Positions 27,266 through 40,432 of a stretch of 64,000 bases of DNA are shown here, piece after piece. Both the position numbers and the translations under genes were made by a program. The stretch's first letter is position 1; the number at the start of each line of letters is the position of its first letter. Source of the DNA: Octopus sinensis (taxonomy: Eukaryota); NCBI RefSeq assembly GCF_006345805.1, contig NC_043002.1, forward strand, positions 12,710,001 through 12,774,000, given 5' to 3'. The notes beneath the pieces are model-generated. The model was not told the origin of the DNA. It ran no database searches and worked only from the letters and a program-made list of their open reading frames with translations.

Positions 27266-29581
27266 AAAAATTTCTTTCTGTAATTTCATCCTTATATTCG
27301 AAGTAAATATAGATGCACACTGATAATTATGAATCCGGTTTACGGGCTCAGGTTCGAGTGCCCAACACCTTGAGGATTGTTGGTCCCCGCCGTAGCAACT
27401 ATGTTTCCTGTGTCTATTCTCACCCGGGTTACTAGCAGTTGTCATGGTCCCAGTCATATACTGAAAATCTATCCGAGCGCAGGGCGCAGAATTACCTTTG
27501 GCTAGTATCAGGGAGCGCAGTAAAACCATCAAGACCTCTAAATTCCATCTCATCATCCTTCTAGGAGAGGGACAATCACTGTTTTACGTGATTAATGGTC
27601 TTCTTGCTTCGGTCGGTCACTGGTACTAATCAAAGTGACTCAGAGTGTTGGAGTCGTGTTGTACAAGCACTTATAATTATAATGCGATGATGTAGGGCGG
27701 CCTCCATTGTCATTCAATCTAATGAAAGTCCTATGGAATACGGAAGTGTGGTGACTTATAAGTAACAACATTCGTCTGTCACCTATGCTTCAAAGCAAGT
27801 AGTTCTGCAGCGAGACTGAACAGTCGTCTAAGACGTCATGGGCGGAGAGCCAGAAATGCTATTGACGATGAGGGAACATTGTGCGGCGATCATCTGTAAT
27901 GACAGAGCAATCTCACATACACATACACACACACGCACACACAAAATGGATTGAAATTTTCGCACAAGGCCAGCCATTTAGAAGTCGGTGCTAAGTTAAT
28001 TACAGTGACCCCAATGTATAACTGGTACTTAATTTATCAACCCCGAAAGGATGAATGACAATGTCGATCTCGGAAGAATTTCAACCCAGAACGCAAAGAC
28101 AGACGACATGCTGGTAAGTTCTTAGGCCGGCATGTCAACTAGTCATTTAAGCGCATCTCCACACTTCACCATACGGCATTCTGAGTGGTTTGAGTTGCGG
28201 AAGGTTGCATTCTGTGTTGAGGGCATTGTGGCTTTTATTCAGTTGATGGTCTTTTTGCTGTTTTCAGGTTTTCTGTTACAGGTATACGAGATGTTCTCTT
28301 GTTCCTGATTCGGTTGTTTTGTTCTTACCGTGCTGTAACTGTTATTGCTGCTCTTACTGCTTCTGTTAGTCTCTACTACACCAGTGGTATTGAGCGAGGG
28401 GAAGTGTTGAGTGCATTTTGGAATTACAACTTACAAGTCATTTTATATATTTACGCGCCCTTTTCAAACCTTACGAGGCTCATGGGCCCGGTTTCCAGGT
28501 TTCTATGGCATATGTGTTCCTCCCAGCGGGACGGGACGCCAGTCCATCGCAACGTTACTCAAGAAAAAGGAAGAAAGAGTGAGAGACAGTTGGGGCGAAA
28601 GAGTGCAACAGGGGTCGCCACCACCCACTGCAGGAGCTTCGTGGAGCTTTAGGTGTTTTTGCTCAATAAACACACACAACGCTCGGTCTGGGAATCGAAA
28701 CCGCGATCCTCCGACCGCGAGTCCGCTGCTCTAATCACTGGGCCATTGCGCCTCCAAATTACAAGCCATATCTCGCCTTTCTCTTTTGTTTTTCGATTGA
28801 TAAAGGCGAAGTCATTTCAAAATTTCTTGCTTCGAAAAATGTTTTCGTGTAAAATTTCTCACCGAAGGTCTGGTAATTTTATTCACCATAATAACAAAGA
28901 AAAACAATAAAATTGGCGAAGTACACTTCTAAATAGGAAGGAAATCAATAGACAAGCTCGTGGAGCTTTCGGAAGCACGTAGCTTCTGTGATGAACGACA
29001 ATGAAGTTGATGGTGATGATAATGATGATGGGAAGAGGAGGAAGTGGTTTGAAAATTCGGCATAGGCCCAGAAGTTTTCGAGGAGTATGTACTCCATTAC
29101 ATTCACCCCCAGTAGCCGACTGGCGCTAAATTTATCGACCCCGAAAGGATGAAAGTCAATGATTTGCTTGTCAGTTGTTTGACCTTAACCAGTTGAGCAT
29201 GTCCCTTAGTGGCTGACGATATGTGCATCTCTGATCACGAGCAAAAGTAGTGGGGAGCCATGTGTTGAGAAGGATTCTTTGGGGTTTGAATAATTCACCT
29301 CTGGAAACATGGGTGTTTCGTTCAACGTCCTTAAACAACCCTTATTCAGGGACCTTTTGAGCGGGGTGGGTTACTCGATCTGAAGAAAATTCTAACTGGG
29401 CTCCACCTGCAAGGTCATGCGCTGTTTATCTTGATATGAGATCACCATGTCGCGCACATATGGTTGTGATGCATGTGCCTGGTGTACCTTTATCAGACGG
29501 GTAGTCATGATGGGTATACTGGGCTTCGTATATTTTACCCCAGTGTAACTTTGATGGCATGCTCTGCTCGCTCACTCAATG

Positions 29582-29671
<90 letters not shown>

Positions 29672-29904
29672 GATAGTGCGCATGGGAACTGCTCATATCC
29701 TACGCAAAATACTTTTTATGTAATCTCAATTTTCAAAACAAACAACTTTCGGATGGTTTTTTTAGGCATTCACTAGTACAACACTAAGTACAAAACCAAA
29801 AATATGGAACCCTAGGCATAACACCAACACGAACTTCCAGCATGTCTCTTGAGGTCTCTGGGTGAGACTTGGAGCAAGCTTGTGCAACTGTAAACAAAAC
29901 ATAG

Positions 29905-29925
29905 AATAATAATAATAATAATAAT

Positions 29926-29962
<37 letters not shown>

Positions 29963-29972
29963 GCAGCAGCAG

Positions 29973-30003
<31 letters not shown>

Positions 30004-30060
30004 AATAACAACAACAATAACAATAACAACAACAACAATAATAATAACAATAACAATAAC

Positions 30061-30125
<65 letters not shown>
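29905..30125. repeat. Compound (AAT)(AAC)(AGC)(AAC)(AAT) microsatellite (also 56535-56767)
   Basis: Read directly. Confidence 0.95.
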
Positions 30126-30126
<1 letters not shown>

Positions 30127-31030
30127 TAAAAAAAAGCCTTCTTGGCAAGAGCGTCTGCAACAACAAATTAAAATATTTAGATCTGACATTGAATATTTGA
30201 AAAACCTTAAGGCTCACAAGACTACCAAACCTACAAAAACCCAAAAATTACTGAAAAAATACAATATGAAAACTATACTTGATATTGATGCCTCCATAGA
30301 AACCATCAAACAAAAGGTATCTGCCAAAGCTGCCCGCATAGCGAGGTATGAAAAGCGTGTTAGATTTTTCAAGGACAACAATATGTTCAAAAATAACACC
30401 AAGAATTTTTACAGGAAGATAGGAAAAACAGCGTTTACTGCAAGGTCGGTATCATCAAAAGAAGAAGTGCAGGGATTTTGGAATAAAATCTGGGCAGAAG
30501 AAAAAACACACAACGAAAGGCCCCCCTGGATTGACAGAATATCTACAGAACTGGACCCCTTAGAACAGCAAAAGTGGGAGGGTGTCAAGGTAGAAGATAT
30601 AAGATCTGCTCTCAGGAGGTCAAGCAAATGGAAGTCTCCAGGAAAGGATAAAATTCCTAACTTCTGGCTGAATGCCTTCCCAGAGAGCCATGAACTGCTA
30701 ACAGAACTGTGCAATGATGTTTTGCAACACCCTAGTAGGATGCCTCCTTGGCTAGTTAATGGGTTAACATTTCTGCTTCCAAAAAGTGAAGAAACAAATG
30801 AACCAAAAAACTATAGATCCATAACCTGCTTAACAACTATATACAAAACACTAACATCTGTCCTGACGGAATATACCTATAGTTTTTTAACAGACACCAG
30901 CATATTCCCTAATGAACAGAAAGGATGTAAACGTGGATCCTACGGCTGTAAAGACCAACTACTCATCAATAAGATGATCTTAGAAGATTGTCACAAACGA
31001 CACAAAAACTTATCAATAGCCTGGATAGAC
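30126..31030 (+). mobile_element. R4/Dong-type RT N-terminal fragment (also 56768-57672)
   Basis: WKSPGKDKIPNFW, NYRSITCL, EQKGCKRGSYGCKDQL; cut off at AWID; bounded by (AAT)n on both sides. Confidence 0.85.
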
Positions 31031-31059
31031 TAATAATAATAATAATAGCCTGGATAGAC

Positions 31060-31124
<65 letters not shown>

Positions 31125-31678
31125 GCCCTGATGCAGTACCAGGCAGTGGCTCTCATGGCTTCTGATCTTAACTGATTGGAAGTGTTATCATGTACATTGT
31201 TTTGTCTTGGTATAAAAGATGGGCTACAGCAAATATTCTGCTCAATACCACAGATTTGCTTATCAGTTGTTTGACCTTAACCAGTTGAGCATGTTCCTTA
31301 GTGGCTGACGATATGTGCATCTCTGATCACGAGTAGAAGTAGTGGGGGAGCATTATAGCCATGTGTTGAGAGGGATTCTTTGGAGTTTGAATGATTCACC
31401 TCTGGAAACATGGGTGTTTCATTCAACATCTTTAAACAACCCTTAATCAGGGACCTTTTGAGTGGGATGGGTTACCTGACCAGAAGAAAATTCTAACTGG
31501 GCCCCATCTGCAAGGTCATGCACTGTTTATCTTGATATGAGATCACCATGTCGCGCACATATGGTTGTGATGCATGTGCCTGGTGTACCCTTATCAGACG
31601 GGTAGTCATGATGGGTATACTGGGCTTCGTATATTTAACCCCAGTGTCACTTTGATGGCATGCACTGCTCTCTCACTC

Positions 31679-31715
<37 letters not shown>

Positions 31716-31739
31716 GTAATAATAATAATAATAAATAAA

Positions 31740-31977
31740 TGCGCCCTTTTAAAGCCTAGCAAGACTCATGGGCCCGGTTTCCCGGTTTCTATGGCGTATG
31801 TGTTCCCCAGCTGGACGGAACGCCAGTCCATCGCAGCGGTACTCATTTTTGCCAGCTGAGTGGACTGGAGCACCGTGAAATGAAGTGTTTTGCTCAAGAA
31901 CAGAACGCGACGCCCGGTCCAGGAATCGAAACCACAATCATGGTGCTGACACCCTAAACACTAAGCCAAGCGCCTCC

Positions 31978-31980
<3 letters not shown>
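31740..31980 (-). mobile_element. tRNA-SINE (also about 58367-58614); only a ~45-bp stub remains in copy A (8722-8765)
   Basis: Reverse strand reads gtggaggcgcttggcttagtg...ggtttcgattcctggaccggg (A/B-box-like). Confidence 0.65.
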
Positions 31981-32018
<38 letters not shown>

Positions 32019-32019
32019 C

Positions 32020-32056
<37 letters not shown>

Positions 32057-32095
32057 CCCAGTGTCACTTTGATGGCATGAACTGCTCTCTCACTC

Positions 32096-32146
<51 letters not shown>

Positions 32147-32324
32147 CCTTTCTAATCTAAGCACAAAGCCTGGAATTTTGGGGGAAGGGTCCAGTCGATA
32201 GGACTGATCCTAGTACACAACTGGTACTTACTTTCTCGACCCCGAAAGGATGAAAGGCATAGTCGACCTCGGCGGAATTTGAACTCACAAAGGTGAAATT
32301 CTACTTCACATTTTGCCCGGCGTG

Positions 32325-33544
32325 TTGACAGGATCTAGGATGCATCACCCAAAATCTGACATAGAAAGACTATATATACAACGTATAGAAGGTGGTAGAG
32401 GCCTTATAGAGCTGGAAAACTACTATAAAATAACGACCATAGGACTGCAAAAATATCTACTTCAGAAGGAAGGAAAACTGATACAAATAGCGGCAAAACA
32501 CGAGCAAAACAAAAAAGAATTCTCAGTATTTAAGGAAGGTGACAAATACAAACAAGAAATCATACCACCTAACAAATATGAAAAAGAAGAAGATGAAGAA
32601 ACAACAAAAGCTATAAAACAATTGAAATCCAAACTAAAAATAGAACAGCAACGAACCATGATAAAACGATGGCAAGAAAAGCCGCTTCATGGCAAATACT
32701 GGACTAAACTAAATGCAAAAGAAATAGACAAAGAAAAGTCCCAGCAAATGTTGAGAAGCTCAGGACTCAAAGCAGAGACAGAGGGATTTTTAATTGCAAC
32801 ACAAGACCAAAGCCTCTCCACCAGAAATTACCAAAAACATGTAATGAAAAGAAATATAACAAGTAACTGCAGAATGTGTGGAGATGGACAAGAAACAATA
32901 AATCATATTATCTCTGGCTGCCCAGTCCTAGCTAAGAAGGAATATATTCACAGACACGACAGAGTTGGGACCTACATACACTGGAAGCTATGCCAGCATT
33001 ATGGAATAACAACAGAAAAAAGATGGTATAGGGTCACACCAGAAAAGGTTACAGAAAACGAGAAAGCAACCATACTCTGGGATATGCCAATACACACAGA
33101 TAGAGAAATTAAGGCCAACAGACCAGATATAGTTGTCAGAGATCATGAAGAAAAAAATGCTTTCTAATTGTTGTGTCAATACCAGCAGATGACAACGTAT
33201 CTCTAAAAGAAATGGAGAAACTTTCAAAATACAAAAACCTGGAAATAGAGGTAACCAGAATGTGGAATCTAAAAGCAGAAAGAATACCTATCATAACAGG
33301 TGCATTAGGCATGATAAAAAATATAGCAAAAACACCAAAACATATAACATACAGAAAATAACATACAGTATAAAATATACATATAACATACAGAAAATTG
33401 CACTACTAGGCACTGCACACATCATACGCAGAACACTTTCAATACAGTAACCATCAGAGCACCACAAATCACAGCACATACCCAAGGCACACAGAGCTGC
33501 GCTCGGTAGTGAAGTGAAAGCACGCTATAAAAATAAAATTACTG
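32325..33544 (+). mobile_element. R4/Dong-type 3' fragment (copy B; also about 58978-60196)
   Basis: ORF 32313-33167: RLYIQRIEGGRGL, LHGKY, CRMCG, HIISGC, RPDIVV; frameshifted after KNAF. Confidence 0.9.
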
Positions 33545-33595
33545 AGTAATAATAATAATAGCAATAATGATAAGTATATAGATAAAGAAATTTAC

Positions 33596-33872
33596 CGAAT
33601 CTTCCTCCATAAACTGGTCGGTCGCAGTCATCATATTGGCTGTTCCGCCACACACAGACTTGTTGAGATTGAGAAAACACAGTTTGTTTAAAACATGCCA
33701 ACGGTATGGGAAACATAGCATTACAGAAGTAGAATTCACTGCAGTTACTTGGGGATCGGACAAAATGTGATCCGGCCCTAATTTGTGTCTGCTGACACAG
33801 AGTCATGATACTCTGACTGTAGACTGTTGACACTGCGATCAAGAGAATGGCGGCCACAACACGGAACTCCAT
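33596..33872 (-). CDS. Copy B exon 1: signal peptide + CBM14 domain 1
   Basis: 277 nt, same structure as copy A; the donor here is GTAAAT. Confidence 0.9.
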
Positions 33873-33965
33873 TGTTGTAATTTTATCAATTATAGAATCG
33901 AACGAGAGTTAAGACGAATGGCTTGCAAAAACGCTATCACAACAGACTAGTAACCTCTGTAAATG

Positions 33966-33999
33966 TGACTCAGATCCCTTAGAGTGAGCTTCTTATATA
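33966..33999 (-). promoter_or_regulatory. Core promoter of copy B (TATA 33992-33999)
   Basis: Same motif and spacing as copy A. Confidence 0.6.
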
Positions 34000-34327
34000 G
34001 GCCTTAAATAGGGTTAGGGTGAGGTTTTGAATAAGAATTAGGTAGTTGATTCAGGTTCTTTTTTTAAAATTGATCTAATATTTGGTCTTACTTCTTCATG
34101 CTAACAAGCCTCCGCCCAACGACCGTATTAGATAACTAGTTTATGTGCGTTGTCATTGTTGTAGTTGTTGACGTTGTTGTTGTTTTCCTTCTCCCCCTCC
34201 TCCTCCGCTTCCTCCCACCTTCAGATTAGTCATCAGTTATGTCAATGGTGATGAAACAGATGGCCTTAGCGTTTTATTGATAGTTATTATTCTCTTGCAA
34301 TTAACACTAGATACGTACATATATGCA

Positions 34328-34391
<64 letters not shown>

Positions 34392-34410
34392 TATAAATAC
34401 ATACATATAA

Positions 34411-34562
<152 letters not shown>

Positions 34563-34577
34563 TATAATATATATATA

Positions 34578-34654
<77 letters not shown>

Positions 34655-34709
34655 ATAAATATATATATATAATTAATAAATATAAATGGATATATATACA
34701 TATATAAAT

Positions 34710-34750
<41 letters not shown>

Positions 34751-34814
34751 TAAAATAGTTGCCTGTAAGTATTTATATACATATATGCTTATATACATGC
34801 ATGTAAATATTTAT

Positions 34815-36305
34815 ATACTTTGATACTTTGATACTTTGATAGGTTTCGGCCATTATTGGCCCAGGCCATGTCTAACTTAATAGCACCACCTGGTGAAGTC
34901 TTTCAAGTCAGAATTTCGGCACTATGGCCCACTCAAGTAGAGAGTTATTGTTTACAGAGACATATCCGGGTGTAGGGGGTTTATCCGATATTTCTTGAAG
35001 GAATCTGTCCAAAGACTTCTTGAACCCTATAGGGTCAGTTTCTGTTTTAATGTGTTTTGGTGTAATGTTAAAGAGAGCGGGGCCAATTGAGGTGAAATAA
35101 TTGTGCCGTATTGTTGTTATGAGATGAGAGTGCGATTTTTGTTTTGGGCGGATGGCACGGGGCCCAAGCCTTGGATGTACCTTAAAGGTGATGCCAACAT
35201 CATTTGGGCAATGCTGATGGAATATTTTCCACATCATGCAGATGATGTAGCGCTCACGACGACGTTGGAGAGAATAAAGCTTTAGCTTTTCTAGTCGACC
35301 CCAATAGTCGAGGCCTGTCATGCCATCTATCTTTTTTGTGATTGCCCTTTGAGGTGCTTCAACTTTTATGATACCTTTTATTGTGTGGGGAGACCACAGT
35401 GGACAACAGTATTCAAGGTGGGGTCGGGCAAAAGTGGAGAAGAGAAGGATAATGGTGTGGATATCTCTCGACTGGAAAGTTCTGAGAATCCAGGAACACA
35501 TTCTGCGGGCCATGTCAACTTTGGTGTTTATATGAGTGGCCCAGCTTATGTTGTTGTCCACAATTACTCCCAAGTCTCTGATGTTGTTGGACGCTGCGAG
35601 AGTTTCACCTGAAGGAAGGGAGTATGGGAGTTTCAGGGCATCCTCTTTTCCAAAGTGGATTAACTCAAATTTATCCTCGTTCAGCAGCATATTGTTTTTT
35701 TCTGCCCATTGGATAACAGCCAGTAGATCTGACTGAAGGCATGTCCGGTCACTCGCCTCATTTATGACCTTCTGTAGCTTGGAATCATCTGCAAAGATTT
35801 TTATGTTGCTGTGCTTGATGATGTCATTAATGTCATTAATGTAAATGATGAAAAGAAGTGGCCCAGCACAGTGCCTTGCGGAACGCCACTACTGACTTTG
35901 GCTGGACTTGATTTTACTCCTTCAACTACAACATGTTGAGATCTGTCTGTCAGGAAACACTTGATCCATTTCAGTAACTTTCCAGAGACACCAATGTTGG
36001 ATAGTTTCTTCAATAGGATCTTGTGATCGACCCTGTCGAAGGCCTTACTGAAATCAAGGTAGATGACATCGGTGTTGGAGCCCTCTCCCAAAGCTCTCAA
36101 AATGTCATCATAGTGATGCAGGAGCTGCGTTAGGCAGTCCCTTCCATTACGGAACCCATGTTGGTTAGAGATCAGCCGTCTGTTGCTTTCCAGAAATTGG
36201 GTTATTCGAGATCTCACCACCCTCTCAAATACCTTGATGATATGAGAGGTGAGTGAGATCGGACGGTAGTTCACTGCAAGGGACTTGTTCCCCTTTTTGA
36301 AAACT
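34815..36305 (-). mobile_element. 5'-truncated CR1-like LINE with a (CAAAGTAT)n tail upstream of gene B (also 61215-62705); absent upstream of gene A
   Basis: NYRPISLTS, YLDFSKAFD, GVPQGTVLG, (frameshift) FADD, LYSLQRRRER; three 8-nt tail repeats in B and four in C. Confidence 0.9.
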
Positions 36306-36432
36306 GGGACAACAGACTGGGACAGAAGGTATAAACATATCTAATGTAATAAATGTGAATGTCGGTGTGTCACGCTTTGTCAACTTTAATAAATCCTTTC
36401 TACTGCAATGTGCATCGATTGACCTCGATGCA

Positions 36433-36474
<42 letters not shown>

Positions 36475-36699
36475 CGTGATCACGTGACCGACCAGATCAT
36501 CAGAGGTTGTTACACATCGCTGGTCACAATGCGTTCGCATTGTTTTAGCCTTCGAATGACGCCACCCCGCTGTCTAAGCGAGCCGGCCAATAGAAGAAAG
36601 AGTGGTAAAAGAGTACAGCAAGGATCACCACCCCTGCCGGAGCCTCGTGGAGCTTTTTAGGTGTTTTCGCTCAATAAACACACACAACCATTGCGCCTC

Positions 36700-36831
<132 letters not shown>

Positions 36832-36855
36832 AATATATATATATATATATATATA

Positions 36856-36914
<59 letters not shown>

Positions 36915-37246
36915 TATTGTCTATGTATATGTATGTTGTTTTACTTAATTTAAAATATATATACACACTAATTATGAAACTATTTAACTATAGTTATAGT
37001 AACAAATAATACTTAGGCCTATAGTACCGTAGACGTACTTATCTCAAGACGTGTATATATATATATATGCTTATATATACGCATACATACATTTATACAC
37101 ATATGTGATATGTAGGAGTGTTAATGCATTAACCAAGCTTAGCCTTCTTAACATGTGGCTCTTGGGAATATAGTGGCTCTTGGAGAAAGTTTGATTGTTT
37201 AGACACACATATATGTAGATATAGTTCTATATCTAAAAGATTCCAC

Positions 37247-37510
37247 GGGCATACGGGGTAGTGGTTAAGACCTCGGGCTACTAACCCAAAGATTCCGAGT
37301 TCGATTGTAAGCAGTGACCTGAACAACAACAACAATAATAATAATAATAATAATAACAACAACAGCTTCGAAAGATACCCTAGGAATGAGAACCCAGGTT
37401 CGAAATTTCCCCAAGACACTTGATGAAGGATGGAGGGTATATCAGCCGAAACGTTGTGTTAACAAAAAACAAGATGAGGACAAATATCCGTCGAATGTAA
37501 ATAATGTAAA
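37247..37510 (+). mobile_element. tRNA-headed SINE-like element with an internal (AAC/AAT)n tract and a hammerhead-like motif (37415-37460); also 63677-63940
   Basis: A-box-like ggggtagtggttaaga and B-box-like gagttcgatt; gacac TTGATGA a ggatg...cagcc GAAAC GTT gtgtt; (tgtaaataa)n tail. Confidence 0.7.
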
Positions 37511-38304
37511 TAATATATATAAATGTTTTGTAATTTGTTTTTTAAAACTTAACTATTGAAGGACCCTTCTATTTTATCTTTCTCACTTAAATTATCGAAA
37601 TTGGAAAATGAATACTTAATCATATTACTGTCTCACTTTGCTATTGAAAAAAAAAAAAAACATGAACGACCAATTCACATAAAGCTTTATTTATCTATTG
37701 TATTTCAGGAGGGTCGTTTTTTATTACTTGTTTTGGTAAATAAATACACGCACTATATATTCGTTCTTCACCTGTTTATTTCTGTTTTTATTCTAAGTCC
37801 ATTGTCCGGAAATCATTCGTCACACGTCTGTAACCTCTTCAGTGACACTTCCCGTTCTCGTATGTGCTCTTGCTCCGATTAGACTATAAACGTTTATTTA
37901 TCTATTTTTACCCACAAATAAAAGTTTTAAAATGGTAGCGTCATTGTGTTACAGATTATGTAAGAGAGGAAAGAATCGTTCAGTCTTTCTAACTCTAGAG
38001 ATATTTCAAAGTCAACCAAGGTCAAAGAGTTAGAAATAAACCTCAGTGGTAACGAAATGGTATGTACAGGTCTGTGGATGGCTTCTTGACAGTAATGTGA
38101 ATTAAAATTATTTCATTACCATGTGTTCTTTTACTCGTTTCAGTCATTTGACTGCGGCCATGCTGGATCACCGCCTTTTTGTCGAAGAAATCGACCCCTG
38201 GACTTATTCCTTGTACGCCTGGAGCTTATTCTATCGGTCTCTTCTGCCGATCCGCTAATGTTACGGGGGCCATAAACACATCAACATCGGTTGTCACACA
38301 CACA

Positions 38305-38351
<47 letters not shown>

Positions 38352-38960
38352 GAAGGGCTTCTTTCAGTTTCCGACTACCAAATCCACTCACAAGGCTTTG
38401 TTTGGACCAAGGCTATAGTAGAAGACATTTGCCCAAGGTGCCACGCAGTGGGACTGAACCCGGAACTGAACCATGTCGTTGGTAAGCAAACTTCTTATCA
38501 CACAACCACGCCTGCGCCTAGGAGAACTGAAGGAAAATCCTTTTCTCCCAGAATGCTATTTTTTCTCTTTGATACAATGAAGTAATAAAAGGATTTCATA
38601 TATATTTTCGATTTAGCTGATTTCTTTTACTGCAGCCACAAGTAATTGAGTATTTTCACACAACAAATCTAGAACTTTGAAGAATAGAATGAGATATCTT
38701 CTATCTATTTTCTCCGTAGGTGCAGGGGTGGCTGTGTGGTAAGTAACTTGCTTATCAATCACATGGTTCCGGGTTCAGTCCCACTGCGTGGCACCTCTTC
38801 TGCTATAGCCTCGGGCCGACCAAATCTTTCTGAGTGAATTTGGTAGACGGAAACTAAAAGGAGCCGGTCATATATACATACATATATACATACATATATA
38901 CATACATACATACACACATATATATATATATATATATAATATATATACATACACACACAC

Positions 38961-39132
<172 letters not shown>

Positions 39133-39415
39133 GGATAGATAGATAGATAATTAATAATAATACATATTACAATTGTGTTATTGTCTCGAAGATTTTCATG
39201 GTAGTTGGAAAGTCATTAGCGTCTATTTCTAATTCAGTGCGTGGCGAAGTAATTAGCTGAGCCTTGATTATAATTAAGTATATAATTATAGAATATTTTG
39301 TATAATTCACGTAAAAAAGTTTTTTAGCGTTCTGACTACTTGGTAAAATTATTAATTATTATTTAATTAGTTAATCAATTTTAATCTCTCTCTATATATA
39401 TATGTATATATACAC

Positions 39416-39546
<131 letters not shown>

Positions 39547-40109
39547 AAAAAAGCAACAAGAATGGATCAAAATATCGGTACAATTGTTTCGTACGAAGAC
39601 ATCTTTAATAAGGCTACAAAAATTGCAGTAAATATAGATGGCTCGTACTCATCAGCCGAAAAATCATCCGAGATTTCCAAACATCAAAGGGGGTAATGTT
39701 ACACTCGTGAAACATCATGGAAAGTTCTATAAAAATGGAAAACATCTTAGTTTTCCAGAAAGTGAAGAAAAATGTGAGGGTGTGAATATATCCTTATTGA
39801 AGAAAGTTGGATTCCTGGAGATATGATGAAAAGTATTGTACTCACAGAATATGCGTTTGTCCATATATAGTATTTTTCGGCTGATGAGTACGAGCCATCT
39901 ATATTTACTGCAATTTTGTAGCCTTATTAAAGATGTATTCGTACGAAAGAATTGTACCGATATTTCGATCCATTCTTGTTGCTTTTCTCCTATTTGTAAT
40001 CACCCCACTTTATCGTATGGTTAACACCATATAGATTTCTGGTGTATCCTAGTCAAGTACTATATTCATGTGAATTCAATAGAACTCATTTGAATCTTAA
40101 TTGCTTAAA

Positions 40110-40180
<71 letters not shown>

Positions 40181-40358
40181 ATATTAATTAGAGTCAAAAC
40201 CACTATTTTGCAAATCAAACAAAGTCTTTATTTGCTTGATTTGCAAAATAGTGGTTTTGTCTCTAATTAATATTATATAATATTTTACTATAAAATTGGA
40301 TTCAATCCTAAATCTGATTTTTCCCTGTAAAGTGGATTTATTCCCTAATATTTATTAT

Positions 40359-40432
<74 letters not shown>

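Noticed and set aside
27270-28400. Apparently unique sequence with short ORFs (27254-27556, 28299-28652)
   Set aside because: No recognisable domain, absent from copy A, ORFs run into SINEs; probably old transposon debris, but I cannot assign it.
37247-37320. tRNA gene (also other A/B-box-like heads)
   Set aside because: No complete cloverleaf; each is the head of an interspersed SINE.
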